From positions 13,477 through 77,476 of the forward strand of contig CAVWBU010000036.1 of assembly GCA_963753345.1 (NCBI GenBank): a stretch of 64,000 nucleotides of DNA. The letters run 5' to 3'. Of this stretch, positions 63,896-64,000 are shown in pieces. Under the pieces are notes generated by a model. It was given only the letters and a program-made list of their open reading frames with translations. It searched no databases and was not told where the DNA came from. Position 1 is the first letter of the stretch. Each line of letters starts with the position of its first letter. Position numbers and translations under genes: made by a program. Source of the stretch: an uncultured Fibrobacterota bacterium. GTDB lineage: Bacteria > Fibrobacterota > Chitinivibrionia > Chitinivibrionales > FEN-1185.

Positions 63896-64000
63896 GGTGG
63901 GGGAAGTTTCCCCGAAGGAGTTGAAAAGCTAAAAGTTGGAAGTTGTGAGCTGGAAGTTGAAAGAAATAGAGAAAAAGCAAGAAGATTTGGAGGGGGAAGC
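63896..64000 (+). repeat. Truncated module A start, 7-mer array and start of another copy at window edge
   Basis: GGGGAAGTTTCCCC; gttggaa gttgtga gctggaa gttgaaa; gatttggagggggaag. Confidence 0.65.

Noticed and set aside
59961-64000. CRISPR array or integron attC array
   Set aside because: No constant repeat-spacer period and no cas or intI gene. GTTAGGG occurs, but no matching RYYYAAC..GTTRRRY pair bounds the elements.

Overview
GC-rich bacterial chromosome segment. A Fibrobacterota/Chitinivibrionia-like anaerobe is inferred from the many secreted proteins with T9SS/FlgD-type C-terminal tails; this is not proven. Left to right it contains: an FHA gene and an HU/IHF gene; a CIRCE-controlled groES-groEL-hrcA-grpE-dnaK-(AT-rich insert)-dnaJ run; a RelE/ParE toxin-antitoxin pair; rarA; ffh-rpsP-rimM-trmD-rplS; a nucleotidyltransferase plus small gene; five tandem secreted beta-helix proteins; envelope genes and a diguanylate cyclase; a carboxylation cluster; two OmpA/TSP3 paralogs; an S8 protease; and outer-membrane/TPR genes. 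Best candidate for an undescribed system: DUF2294(MpsC-like), an attenuator-like leader, pckG, accD, accA and an oxaloacetate/pyruvate carboxyltransferase fused to an AccB-type biotin carrier, with no accC. This suggests an ATP-independent oxaloacetate:acetyl-CoA transcarboxylase route to malonyl-CoA fed by PEPCK. Second candidate: a family of ~0.2-0.5 kb modular intergenic elements with covarying stems, 7/8-nt microsatellite spacers and exchangeable REP-like hairpin tips, present at every gene boundary from 59.9 to 64 kb and inverted at 46.6-47.1 kb. Four genes carry +1 frameshifts, probably sequencing errors. No rRNA, tRNA, CRISPR array or transposase was recognised. All calls are by eye; no searches were run.
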